In this document: piece after piece, positions 17,697 through 27,736 of the stretch
How positions within the stretch are numbered: the first letter of the stretch is position 1
Layout: each line of letters begins with the position of its first letter
Source of the DNA: Candidatus Thorarchaeota archaeon
Lineage (GTDB): Archaea > Asgardarchaeota > Thorarchaeia > Thorarchaeales > Thorarchaeaceae
NCBI GenBank assembly: GCA_008080745.1
Contig: SHMX01000003.1
Location: 360,001 to 392,000, forward strand
Reading direction: 5' to 3'
Length of the DNA stretch: 32,000 nucleotides
Notes under the pieces: model-generated
What the model saw: the letters and a program-made list of their open reading frames with translations, nothing else
What the model was told of the DNA's origin: nothing
Databases searched by the model: none
Made by a program: the position numbers and the translations under genes

Positions 17697-18212
17697 ATGA
17701 GCACATTGACCCCGGATGAAATTAAAGATAAAGTACGTGAGTGGTTCTCTGCTGAGGGCTCAAAAGTTGAGAGTATTACCAACCCACGAGCTGAATTCGT
17801 GTTCAAGGTCAAATTCATGAGATTCTTCTTCACTGTGGTAAGACCCAATGAGCGTGACTTCATTCAGATTGAATCACAAGTCATGATCTCACCACAACAT
17901 CTCAAAGTGCTTACGGGTGAGAAGATGAAGCAATTTCAGATGGAAGCTATGAAGTTTGCCTTCTCTCAGGGAATTAATCTGGGTTTCATCCAACCCCGTC
18001 CAGGACAACAGGGACAAAAACCACCCGGCCCTGGTTTTGTAGTTTCGGATAGGATTTATGATGATGCCGTCAGTAATGATAGAATCTGGCAGACCATGCG
18101 CAGACTACATTCCGCGGTAGATATGGTTATTGCGTTGCTCAACGACGCCACTGGTCAGACACCAGGAAAGGCACCAGAACCTCCGGATCAAGGTCCGTCA
18201 TACTATACCTGA
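17697..18212 (+). CDS. DUF2299-like conserved archaeal protein
   Basis: VREWFSAEG...AEFVFKV...VVRP...ISPQH...IYDDAVSNDR resembles the DUF2299 pattern (recognised by eye). Confidence 0.6.
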   Translation: MSTLTPDEIKDKVREWFSAEGSKVESITNPRAEFVFKVKFMRFFFTVVRPNERDFIQIESQVMISPQHLKVLTGEKMKQFQMEAMKFAFSQGINLGFIQPRPGQQGQKPPGPGFVVSDRIYDDAVSNDRIWQTMRRLHSAVDMVIALLNDATGQTPGKAPEPPDQGPSYYT

Positions 18213-18405
18213 AACCCAAGTCGATTTTCCGAATAGGGGAATCAAAAAATCACTTATATCATTATATGCAAATATAGTCATATCCAACCAGTCAAAAGTG
18301 AGATTGCTGGTGAATCAAAAATAAAACATAGAAGATAAATTGACCTTCTGTGCCAAGTATTATCTGTTGAGAACAGATTCCGGGACCATTTGAATCGGTG
18401 ATTAA

Positions 18406-21400
18406 ATGAAACTGAAAATATTCATAGCAGTTTTTGTAGTTCTACTATTGCTAATACCCACTACATCGGATAATATAGTAGAAAATCAATCCTCAACAAC
18501 AACTCCATTATTTCATAAATCGTCCTTCGTCGCTTCTTCATTGGGGTCAGGAAGTAATTCGGATTCAGTCATGTATTTTGAGAGAACCATTAGCTATCAA
18601 GAAATGCTCCTGCAAAACTCATATGCTACCCCAAATAATCACCAAGAGGGATTGTCATTCGAGCAATATCATATTTCTGGCTGGTCACTTTACAAGGCTG
18701 AAATGAAGATCGATAACATCACAGCTGGACTCGAATTTGAGGTATTAGGAGTATCAAAGGATGATTTATCCTCATTTAGCATAAATAACAGCACAGGAGA
18801 TCCATACGATATTCTTTCACAAGAATTGTATAATCAACCTCATAATGGACTCCTAGAGAATTATTCATTTTATTATTCAAATGAAAATTATAATCCAACA
18901 TATCAGAACTATGCTTTCCTAGTCATAAGGTCCAAAAAATCTGATCCAAGTACAAATATGACAAGTGCACATGCATTACCCAGTAAGGCTAACTTCGAAC
19001 AAAGCTGGTATACAATAACTGAACAAACAAATCTTTCAGCAGATATCTCATACTATCTATTACTTGACGGAGAAAAGTTGGTAGAATATTTTTCGACATA
19101 TCCAGTATTCAAATGGATTTGCGAAACTGGTGCAGGTAGTTATGCTACACAACGACATTATTCTTTTGGCGATCAATGGACACTATTCAATCGTAATGCA
19201 CTATTGAATTATACTTATACTCCATGGGATACCAACACCAATTCCGCATTGGTATTTAACAGTCCAGAAGAAATTTTCCTACAGGCAAATGGTACTAACC
19301 TATCTGGAGATACTTGGTCTTGGACTACAACTGATAACAATCTAGAACAAATTATCTTTAGCTCAAATCAGTCAATTTCAATATACAATAATATCACCTT
19401 ATATTACAAAAAGACAGGAGTCGCAGAAAATACATGGTCTATTGAAACTTCTGGAAGTGATGTCACATGGAACACCACAACCATGGTTTCGTATCCTGAT
19501 GACGCAGATAGTAATTCTATGAAATTGAATCTGACTATTCAGAGTGAATGGGGTACAAATGGATTGTACAAAGATACCAGTCCTGAAAACAACCATACAT
19601 TTTACACAAGAGAGGGAAATGTAATTATTAGTACCGATATTACCAATGGGACTTGGACACTTTCATCGACAGGATTTAACTATGTAAGAGAAATAGGCAT
19701 ATTCCAACAATCAGATTATTCAAAATCAATTCAAATACTGAAAATAACTGATATTTTGGATGTCATTCCAGTGATAAAGGATGGAGCAGGTATGAATGCT
19801 ACATCGGGTAGCACAAATCTCACTCTATGGCATGACTCAGAGGTGAAATGGGCACCAGAAAATGAAACACTGATCAATGGTTCTACAAATTATACTTGGA
19901 ATGTTTCTTCAACAACATCAGAAAATGGGAAATATAGAATCGAAGTATACTGGACAAATGGAACAGAAGCAGGATATCTAACAGAAATTATTGACATCTA
20001 TTATACAACTTTTCTAACAGCAATAACTGATAGTCTGACAGCTTTTACTGAGAGTTCATTTGAAATCGAGGTACAATATTATAATAACTTCAGTGATATT
20101 GGAATAGATGAAACAGGTGCAAGTTTAGTATATGATTTCGGCGGGACAAATTACACGATGTCACATCAAACGAACGGAACTTGGAAAGCAACTGTAAATA
20201 CAATTGGTTTTTCTAATGGCCCACACAGCATAACTGTCTATGCAGAGGGATATGGATATCACAACAGGACCGTAGCTATTGATGTAATACTCTTGCATGA
20301 AGCCAAACTCGATTTGAGTTGGGAGAGTAAATCTATCGATTGGACAGAAAGCACGATTTTCTCTGTGAATTATACTAAATTAGATGGGAGCTTGATTAGT
20401 GGAGCAAACCAGTTAGACCTTTACATTGATTCCCAATTATTAGAACTACAAGGAACAAATGGAACATATTGGATCGAGTTGAACAATACTTTTGGTCTTG
20501 GTGTTCATTCGCTAGAACTAAACATCAGCAAGCAATATTTTGAATCTGTATTTAACGACACGGTATCTTTCGAAATTACCGAAGCTAATACCACTCTTGC
20601 TATCAATTGGGACTCATCAGAAATCAATTATTTGGAGACATTCAATCTTACAGTTAGTTATACATATACACCAACTGGTACGTTCATAGATGCCATTGCA
20701 GATAATGTTAACATCACTATTGATGGCACCACAACTTTAAACATGAATAATTCAGGAAACTTTTGGATAGCAAACTTGACTGGATTCTATTTAGATTTGG
20801 GATCACATGAATTAACAATAGAGGCATGGAAGTATGGTTATGTCTACAGAACAGATACTCTCAATATTTCTGTACTAAATGTTTCTACATCAATGAGTGT
20901 TTCTTGGAATCCTGCTAATGTAGAGATTCAACATGTGGACAATTTGGAGTTAAATGTTGATTACACTTATGATACGGGTGATGTTCCAGATGATGCCCTC
21001 GTGAATGTTACAATTAATGGAAATATATACAATTTAGCATATACCGATGGAAGCTGGAGTACAATAATTCCCTGTAAATATTTGGGGGTAGGCGAATATT
21101 CAGCCACTATTGAGGCTTGGAGGTATGGCTATTCGTATCAAACAAATATAACCTATGGAATCAACATCACTATTGCTTATACAACCATGATGGCTCATTG
21201 GAATTTCTTAGAAATAGACTATATTGGGCAACTTGATTTGACTGTAAATTATACTATGAATATCAATGGTACATCTGTGCCCACTTCATCTACATTCATG
21301 AACATTACTATTGATGGTGGTAGCTCTATTGAGTTGAATCAATCTGGAAATCTATGGACTGCAAATTTGACTGGAATTTATTTGGATTTGGGTACACACA

Positions 21401-24400
21401 ACATTACCATCAAAGCTTGGTCGGTCGATTTTGAGTATCAAGTGATATATTCATCTGTAAATGTAACAACAGTATTAACAAGCTTACAGGTGACTTGGAA
21501 TCCTAACGATGTGACTATCGAACATGTACAAAATCTGAGTGTTTCAGCAGATTACACCTATCATAGTGGGGATGTACCAGATAGTGCAATAGTAAATGTA
21601 TCAATTGATGGAAAATACTACCAATTTTCCTACACTGGTGCTGTATGGGAATGTCAAATTACTGGTTCCGATTTTGATGTAGGGTTTTACGAAGCTAATG
21701 TCACAGCATGGGCATATGGTTTTGATGTAAAAATCAATATTACAGCAGGTGTGAATATTACTCAAGCAAGTACTTCATTAACCCTTGTTTGGACAAGTAC
21801 TTCCACAGACTATCTTGGTTGGATCAATCTAACAGCCAGTTATGTAGTCTTAGAAACCGGAGAATCAGTTCCATTAAGCACACCGAACATCAATATTACT
21901 ATCGATGGATCAACACCACTTGCATTGAATCAATCTGGGAATTATTGGGTAGCAAACCTAACAGGTTCATATCTGAATCTTGGAACTCATAATGTGGTTA
22001 TACTTGCTTGGAGTAATACGTACCAAGAACAGGAAATCCTAGAGAGCCTTGTTATCAATAATGTCACAACTAGTCTATCGGTAATCTGGAATCCAAATAA
22101 TGGAAAAATTGAACGTGTTGAAAATTTCGCATTAAGTGTAGACTATACCTTTTTCGGTGGCGATGTTCCTACCCCGGCTCATGTTAATGTATCCATTGAC
22201 GACAATGACTATACTTTGACATATTCATCAGGAGTCTGGAGTGTTACTATCTCCGGGCTAGATTTTTCTGTTGGAGAATACTCGGCTGTTATCCATTGTT
22301 GGAAATATGGATATGCATATCAGACAAACACTACAACGATAAATATCACGATAACTGAAACCAATTTAGATTTGAATTGGTCTTCTTTGGAGATAGACTA
22401 CCTTGGGCAAATTGATCTGGTATTGAACTATACAGTTAGTATCACTGGAGATTATGTTCCCGCATTATCATCAAATATCAACATCACAATTGATGGAAAG
22501 ACTGCAATTTCGTTGAATCAGTCTGGAAATGTATGGACTGCTAATCTTACAGGAATATATCTTGACCTGGGTAATCATAGTGTTACAATAAATGCTTGGA
22601 GTGATAGCTATGCCGCTCAAGAATACTCAACTTATCTAAATGTATCAGAAGTACTCACATTCATGACTGTAACTTGGAACCCATCAGATGTCGAGATTGA
22701 ACATGTGGAGAATCTTACCTTAATTATAGATTACACATACTCTGAAGGAGATGTTCCGATTAGTGCTCAAGTTAACACGACCATAAATGGAATTACATAT
22801 TCTCTAACATATAATGGTTCTAACTGGCAAGTACTGATTTCAGGATCAGACATCGGTGTTGGAGTTTTCAGTGCCACAGTTAGTTCGTGGAGGTATGGTT
22901 ATGCATACGCTTTGAATACAACAAGTGGAATAAATGTGACAGATGCACAAACAAATCTTTCACTGGCTTGGACAGATACAACATTAGATTACTTGGGACA
23001 AATTGAACTTACAGTTAACTATTCGGTTCTAATTACGGGCGAAGTTGTTCCAGCAGTACCATCTGAAATGAATGTTACCATTGATGGAATAACAACGATT
23101 TCACTGAATCAAAGTGGCGATTTATGGATAGCTAATCTCACTGGAATTTATCTGGATTTAGGAGACCATCTATTAATAGTACAAGCCTACGCTGATACTT
23201 ACGAATTTTCTCAAGCCTCAGAAACGATTACAGTATTAAATGTTTCAACAAATCCATTGCAAGTCATATGGCAACCAGAGAATGTCACCATAGAATACAC
23301 TCAGTATCTCAATTTGTCTGTGGCCTATACCTATGGAGTTGAAGATGTTCCAGGAACAGCTTTAGTGAATATTACTATCAATTCACTTACTTGGTCTTTG
23401 AATTACTCCAATGGTTTTTGGGAGGGTTCAATAATTGGTGAAGACATTGGTATTGGTATATTTACAGCTGAAATCGCTGCATGGTTATATGGATACGAGG
23501 AACAGCTAAATCTGACCTATAACGTCAATATCACAGAAGCCTCAAACACCTATGTGGTTATTTGGGAGCCGTCAGACAGAACAATATCCTACATTGAATT
23601 ATTCAATATATCAGTAATTTACACGCATAATTATGAACCGATTTCCGATGCAATAATCAACGTTACATTTGATGGTAGTATCACATATAATCTGACATTT
23701 AGTGAAACAGATGAGAGATGGCACTTCTCAATAAATGGCACTAACCTAGACTTAGGCGTACATAACATCCTAATAGAAGCGTGGGCTCAAGGCTATAAAA
23801 CAGGACTAACAATCAGTTCTGTGTTCGTGTCGAACGTTACAACATGGTTCAATATGGATTGGAACCCTCTGGATGCTAAGGTTGATCATCTTAGTAAAAT
23901 CAATCTGACTTTGGACTATCAACACTCATCTGGAAATGTACCTTCTGATGCAATTCTAAATCTAACTATCAATGGAATGACATCTCCACTCATCTTGATA
24001 AACAATAGATGGTATATATCAATTAATGGATCGGATTTGGGTAAAGGGGAATTTTCTGCATATATTCAAGGGTGGAGATATGGATTTGAATATATAACTA
24101 ACACAACCAATGTAAATATCACAATAGCTTTTACTAATATTGAATACAAGAATAGTAATCTTTCATTTCAGTATATGGGCCAATTTGACATTCAATTTAA
24201 TTATTCATATTCTATTTCTGGAGAAACAATTAATATTCTTAGTCCAAATGCAAACCTGACCATTGATGGTGAAACAACAATCGAACTTAATCAAACAGGG
24301 GACACATGGACGGCAAACATTACTGGTGAATTTCTTGACTTGGGAGAGCATGAAATTATTTTCAGTTTCTGGGCAGAAGGTTATCAGGAGCAACTGTTGA

Positions 24401-27400
24401 TTTTATCGCTCTATGTTGAAAATGAATCAACATACCTATCCGTAGATTGGAATCCATCAAATGTTACAATCCAATATACCGAAACATTAGAAATTTTTGT
24501 TGACTATGAATATGACACCTCCGATGTACCAGATACTTCGATTGTTAATGTAACAATAGATGCTCATCATTACTCATTATCTTATAATGGAGGACAATGG
24601 TATATTTCGATTCCTGGTGAAACAATCGGAATAGGTGTATTTGAAGCAGTTATAGAAGCATGGACATATGGATTTGAGTACAAAACGAATACCACTTTTG
24701 GAATCAATATCACTCTTGCTGCTAATTCGTTTATTGTAGATTGGTGCCCAGATGTATTAGAAACATCATTCATTACAGAATTTGAGATAAGAGTGTATTT
24801 CACTCACGATTGGCAACCAATTCTTGGGGCTAATGTGTGTTTAATCAAAAACGGAACTATAATTGATTATTTCAGCTATAATTCAACTAACGAGTCTTAT
24901 GACCTCCTTATTTCAGCGAAAACAATTGATTTGGGATTATGGAATATAACCGTATATGCGAATAAAATAGGTTATGAAAATCAATGGGATTCTAAAATAT
25001 ATACTGTGATCGAAGATAGCACAACACATCAGCTGTCATGGACGACGATGCAAATATCCTATGTTAATTCTACAACACTTAGAGTGAATCTAACAGCATC
25101 AGATCATACTCCGCTCCCTTCGGTCACATTCCAAGCGACAATAGACAACAAAATATTTTCAGGAAATGAGGTTGTCGAGGGTTGCTACGAGTTCATCTTG
25201 GGTCCCGAACTATCCATTGGGATTCATAATATAACATTTGATGCTTCGAAATATGGCTATAGTTTCAATTTGCCGACACCATCAATAGAAATTATTGAAG
25301 CAGCTACAGAGGCATTCTTTCACATCAACAATAAAGAGCTATATTATGATGAAGCATTATCACTGTCCATTATCTATGAATTGACAAATGGCAGTGTTAT
25401 TGAATCAGCAACGTGTCAGCTTGAAATTGATGACAAACCTATTTCGGTTCAATGGGATTTTGATCATTGGTACGTGACTATTTTTTCAAACTCTTTAGGA
25501 ATCGGAAATCATAATGGCTCATTAAATCTAACGCTATATGGCTACGAATCTCAAACGATTGATTTCAATTTGACTATTCAGAATATACCGACCAGATTGG
25601 ATGTTTCTGGAAGCTTCTTCAGCTATGTCAATCAATCATTTACTCTTGAGATAGTACTAACCGACCTGAGAAATAATTCTCCAATTACACCAGTTACATT
25701 TGATATTTCATGGTCCGAATTGTTCCATATTGATGTTAATTCTTCAGAAGTTTATCAAATTGTCTTTATCACTGAAGGATTTCATGTTGGAAGTGTTCCA
25801 CTTGCGATTAGTATACTTAATGAAGGAATTAGTGATTCGGAATGGACAGGTAGTATTGATATTCGAGCTATTCCGCTCAATATCATGACGGAGGAGGAGA
25901 TTTCTCAATATGAAAATGAGATGGTGAATATCTCTGTTAGTATTAGAAACGCAATCACGGACGATAATGTGTGTTGGAGCAAAGTGGACCTGAGTTCGGA
26001 TATCATCAATACAACTCTCTATTGGAACGATATTTCCCAATACGAAGTTAGTTTTGAATTGCCATCAGATAACCCTGGGAACTATACACTGATTCTTTCT
26101 ATTGAGACATATGATTGTGAAAATTACACATTATCCATCGAGCTTGAGATTCTGGAAAAAGCAACCATAACAATCACTCTATCTTCTGAAGCAGAGGTTA
26201 TTGCTGGAGAAGATCTTCAAGTTAGTGCGTTGGTTGAGAGAAATAATCAGCCAGTAATGGGTGCAATAATAGAATTTCATGCAACTATACTAATGAATGA
26301 CGGTTCTGAAAGAATACTCGAGGACTCTCAAATTTCTAACAACGAGGGTATATGTACCGCCACATTTAGCATTCCACTTGAGGCTAAATCATTGCAAGTG
26401 TGGGCATCTTATGATGGGAATGTTCAAAATCATAATGCCACATCGAGTTTCAGTTCAGTATCAGTTTATTCTGCAAGAGCCCAGATTGGAGAACTCCTGT
26501 GGAATACCTTTTCTAATCCATTGGCTTTGATTCTGTTTGCAGGATTGATTTCAATTATCTTGATCAGAAAATCCAGCCAAAATAGAAGTTCTGTTAAAGA
26601 AGAACCCATCGAAGAAGATATCGTCCTTGAGGCTTTTGATGTTGAAGATAGTACTGCATTGTCAGTATCAACGGAAATTCCTCCTGATGATGAATCAATA
26701 GAGGTATCGCTCATATCCGAAGAGGTATTTGTCCCAGAATTCCTAATTATAATAGAAAATAGAGAACCAATTCTTTCCTACTCATTACAAGGAAATGAGA
26801 TAGCACCACATCTCATAATTGCAATTTCAAATGAGATTATCAGAAGAAGTCCAAGGATAGGTGATAATTTTGATATTTCACTATCAGATTTGAGATTACA
26901 ATGTTACCGAAATGAAGATGCGATAGGGGTAATTGTTGCTCATTCACAACTTACATCTGATCAAAAAATGAATCTTGAATCACTCATTGATATGATAACA
27001 CCCATTCATTCAAAATTAGAGGATAACGAGTCTGAAATAAACCAATTACTGATTGCTCAGACAAATTCGCTATTTTACGCAAAGATTCTTGATAATCTGA
27101 AGATTGATGATATTGGAGAGTTAGAGAATATCGATAAAGAGTTAGCTATTGCTCTTCAGAAAATTATTGATATAGACCAAGAATTTACTGTCAAAGCAAT
27201 TAAGGATCAAATTTGTATGGAGCTTGATATTAATTCAGCTATCCTGCTATCGAGAATAGAATATCTTGTTTCAAAATCGGTGATACAGCCCCACTACTCA
27301 GAGGATAAATTACTCATTTCTAAGAATTTAGAACTAAGTGACGAGGAGCGAATTTTGGCTAAACTTGCATTCTCAGATGGAATGACTAGAGCAAAAATTG

Positions 27401-27528
27401 CAGTTGCATTAGATATGCCCATTTCACGTGTTGGACGTATTATCAGAGAACTATTGAAGACTAAACCAGGTTTAGATGAAATCAGAGATGGGCGGAAAAG
27501 ACTAGTGGTATATAGTTATAAATTATAA
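18406..27528 (+). CDS. Giant single-pass surface glycoprotein with an Ig-like repeat stalk and a cytoplasmic longin-like + winged-helix tail
   Basis: Signal peptide MKLKIFIAVFVVLLLLIPT; Thr/Asn/Ser-rich beta repeats; TM NPLALILFAGLISIILIRK (about 26515-26571); acidic linker; about 260-aa cytoplasmic domain ending in an HTH-like motif. GGTGA RBS at 18397-18401. Confidence 0.85.
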   Translation: MKLKIFIAVFVVLLLLIPTTSDNIVENQSSTTTPLFHKSSFVASSLGSGSNSDSVMYFERTISYQEMLLQNSYATPNNHQEGLSFEQYHISGWSLYKAEMKIDNITAGLEFEVLGVSKDDLSSFSINNSTGDPYDILSQELYNQPHNGLLENYSFYYSNENYNPTYQNYAFLVIRSKKSDPSTNMTSAHALPSKANFEQSWYTITEQTNLSADISYYLLLDGEKLVEYFSTYPVFKWICETGAGSYATQRHYSFGDQWTLFNRNALLNYTYTPWDTNTNSALVFNSPEEIFLQANGTNLSGDTWSWTTTDNNLEQIIFSSNQSISIYNNITLYYKKTGVAENTWSIETSGSDVTWNTTTMVSYPDDADSNSMKLNLTIQSEWGTNGLYKDTSPENNHTFYTREGNVIISTDITNGTWTLSSTGFNYVREIGIFQQSDYSKSIQILKITDILDVIPVIKDGAGMNATSGSTNLTLWHDSEVKWAPENETLINGSTNYTWNVSSTTSENGKYRIEVYWTNGTEAGYLTEIIDIYYTTFLTAITDSLTAFTESSFEIEVQYYNNFSDIGIDETGASLVYDFGGTNYTMSHQTNGTWKATVNTIGFSNGPHSITVYAEGYGYHNRTVAIDVILLHEAKLDLSWESKSIDWTESTIFSVNYTKLDGSLISGANQLDLYIDSQLLELQGTNGTYWIELNNTFGLGVHSLELNISKQYFESVFNDTVSFEITEANTTLAINWDSSEINYLETFNLTVSYTYTPTGTFIDAIADNVNITIDGTTTLNMNNSGNFWIANLTGFYLDLGSHELTIEAWKYGYVYRTDTLNISVLNVSTSMSVSWNPANVEIQHVDNLELNVDYTYDTGDVPDDALVNVTINGNIYNLAYTDGSWSTIIPCKYLGVGEYSATIEAWRYGYSYQTNITYGINITIAYTTMMAHWNFLEIDYIGQLDLTVNYTMNINGTSVPTSSTFMNITIDGGSSIELNQSGNLWTANLTGIYLDLGTHNITIKAWSVDFEYQVIYSSVNVTTVLTSLQVTWNPNDVTIEHVQNLSVSADYTYHSGDVPDSAIVNVSIDGKYYQFSYTGAVWECQITGSDFDVGFYEANVTAWAYGFDVKINITAGVNITQASTSLTLVWTSTSTDYLGWINLTASYVVLETGESVPLSTPNINITIDGSTPLALNQSGNYWVANLTGSYLNLGTHNVVILAWSNTYQEQEILESLVINNVTTSLSVIWNPNNGKIERVENFALSVDYTFFGGDVPTPAHVNVSIDDNDYTLTYSSGVWSVTISGLDFSVGEYSAVIHCWKYGYAYQTNTTTINITITETNLDLNWSSLEIDYLGQIDLVLNYTVSITGDYVPALSSNINITIDGKTAISLNQSGNVWTANLTGIYLDLGNHSVTINAWSDSYAAQEYSTYLNVSEVLTFMTVTWNPSDVEIEHVENLTLIIDYTYSEGDVPISAQVNTTINGITYSLTYNGSNWQVLISGSDIGVGVFSATVSSWRYGYAYALNTTSGINVTDAQTNLSLAWTDTTLDYLGQIELTVNYSVLITGEVVPAVPSEMNVTIDGITTISLNQSGDLWIANLTGIYLDLGDHLLIVQAYADTYEFSQASETITVLNVSTNPLQVIWQPENVTIEYTQYLNLSVAYTYGVEDVPGTALVNITINSLTWSLNYSNGFWEGSIIGEDIGIGIFTAEIAAWLYGYEEQLNLTYNVNITEASNTYVVIWEPSDRTISYIELFNISVIYTHNYEPISDAIINVTFDGSITYNLTFSETDERWHFSINGTNLDLGVHNILIEAWAQGYKTGLTISSVFVSNVTTWFNMDWNPLDAKVDHLSKINLTLDYQHSSGNVPSDAILNLTINGMTSPLILINNRWYISINGSDLGKGEFSAYIQGWRYGFEYITNTTNVNITIAFTNIEYKNSNLSFQYMGQFDIQFNYSYSISGETINILSPNANLTIDGETTIELNQTGDTWTANITGEFLDLGEHEIIFSFWAEGYQEQLLILSLYVENESTYLSVDWNPSNVTIQYTETLEIFVDYEYDTSDVPDTSIVNVTIDAHHYSLSYNGGQWYISIPGETIGIGVFEAVIEAWTYGFEYKTNTTFGINITLAANSFIVDWCPDVLETSFITEFEIRVYFTHDWQPILGANVCLIKNGTIIDYFSYNSTNESYDLLISAKTIDLGLWNITVYANKIGYENQWDSKIYTVIEDSTTHQLSWTTMQISYVNSTTLRVNLTASDHTPLPSVTFQATIDNKIFSGNEVVEGCYEFILGPELSIGIHNITFDASKYGYSFNLPTPSIEIIEAATEAFFHINNKELYYDEALSLSIIYELTNGSVIESATCQLEIDDKPISVQWDFDHWYVTIFSNSLGIGNHNGSLNLTLYGYESQTIDFNLTIQNIPTRLDVSGSFFSYVNQSFTLEIVLTDLRNNSPITPVTFDISWSELFHIDVNSSEVYQIVFITEGFHVGSVPLAISILNEGISDSEWTGSIDIRAIPLNIMTEEEISQYENEMVNISVSIRNAITDDNVCWSKVDLSSDIINTTLYWNDISQYEVSFELPSDNPGNYTLILSIETYDCENYTLSIELEILEKATITITLSSEAEVIAGEDLQVSALVERNNQPVMGAIIEFHATILMNDGSERILEDSQISNNEGICTATFSIPLEAKSLQVWASYDGNVQNHNATSSFSSVSVYSARAQIGELLWNTFSNPLALILFAGLISIILIRKSSQNRSSVKEEPIEEDIVLEAFDVEDSTALSVSTEIPPDDESIEVSLISEEVFVPEFLIIIENREPILSYSLQGNEIAPHLIIAISNEIIRRSPRIGDNFDISLSDLRLQCYRNEDAIGVIVAHSQLTSDQKMNLESLIDMITPIHSKLEDNESEINQLLIAQTNSLFYAKILDNLKIDDIGELENIDKELAIALQKIIDIDQEFTVKAIKDQICMELDINSAILLSRIEYLVSKSVIQPHYSEDKLLISKNLELSDEERILAKLAFSDGMTRAKIAVALDMPISRVGRIIRELLKTKPGLDEIRDGRKRLVVYSYKL
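20581..25020 (+). repeat. Coding tandem repeat with a 591-nt (197-aa) period, built from ~100-aa modules
   Basis: The Nx(S/T)G anchor codon falls at 20746, 21337, 21928, 22516, 23107 and 24289 (gaps 591, 591, 588, 591, 1182). Confidence 0.9.
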
Positions 27529-27736
27529 TGCCTTTCGAAATATCGAAATTGGTTAGAGCCCAGTGTATTGAAATAGTCTTATGTAGGTAAAGTTATCACG
27601 ACCCAAGTGAAATTCCGTTGAATATAGAAAGAAGGATAGATACGTACACAATTCGTATAAGGGATAATTATCCAACAACATTGTATTGCGTATATCCACA
27701 AGAAGACACATCATGCTACACTTGTGAGGGACCACA

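Noticed and set aside
20581-25020. 591-nt periodicity as a CRISPR array, satellite or mobile repeat
   Set aside because: The similarity is at protein level with many synonymous differences and an intact frame; there are no identical short repeats with unique spacers.
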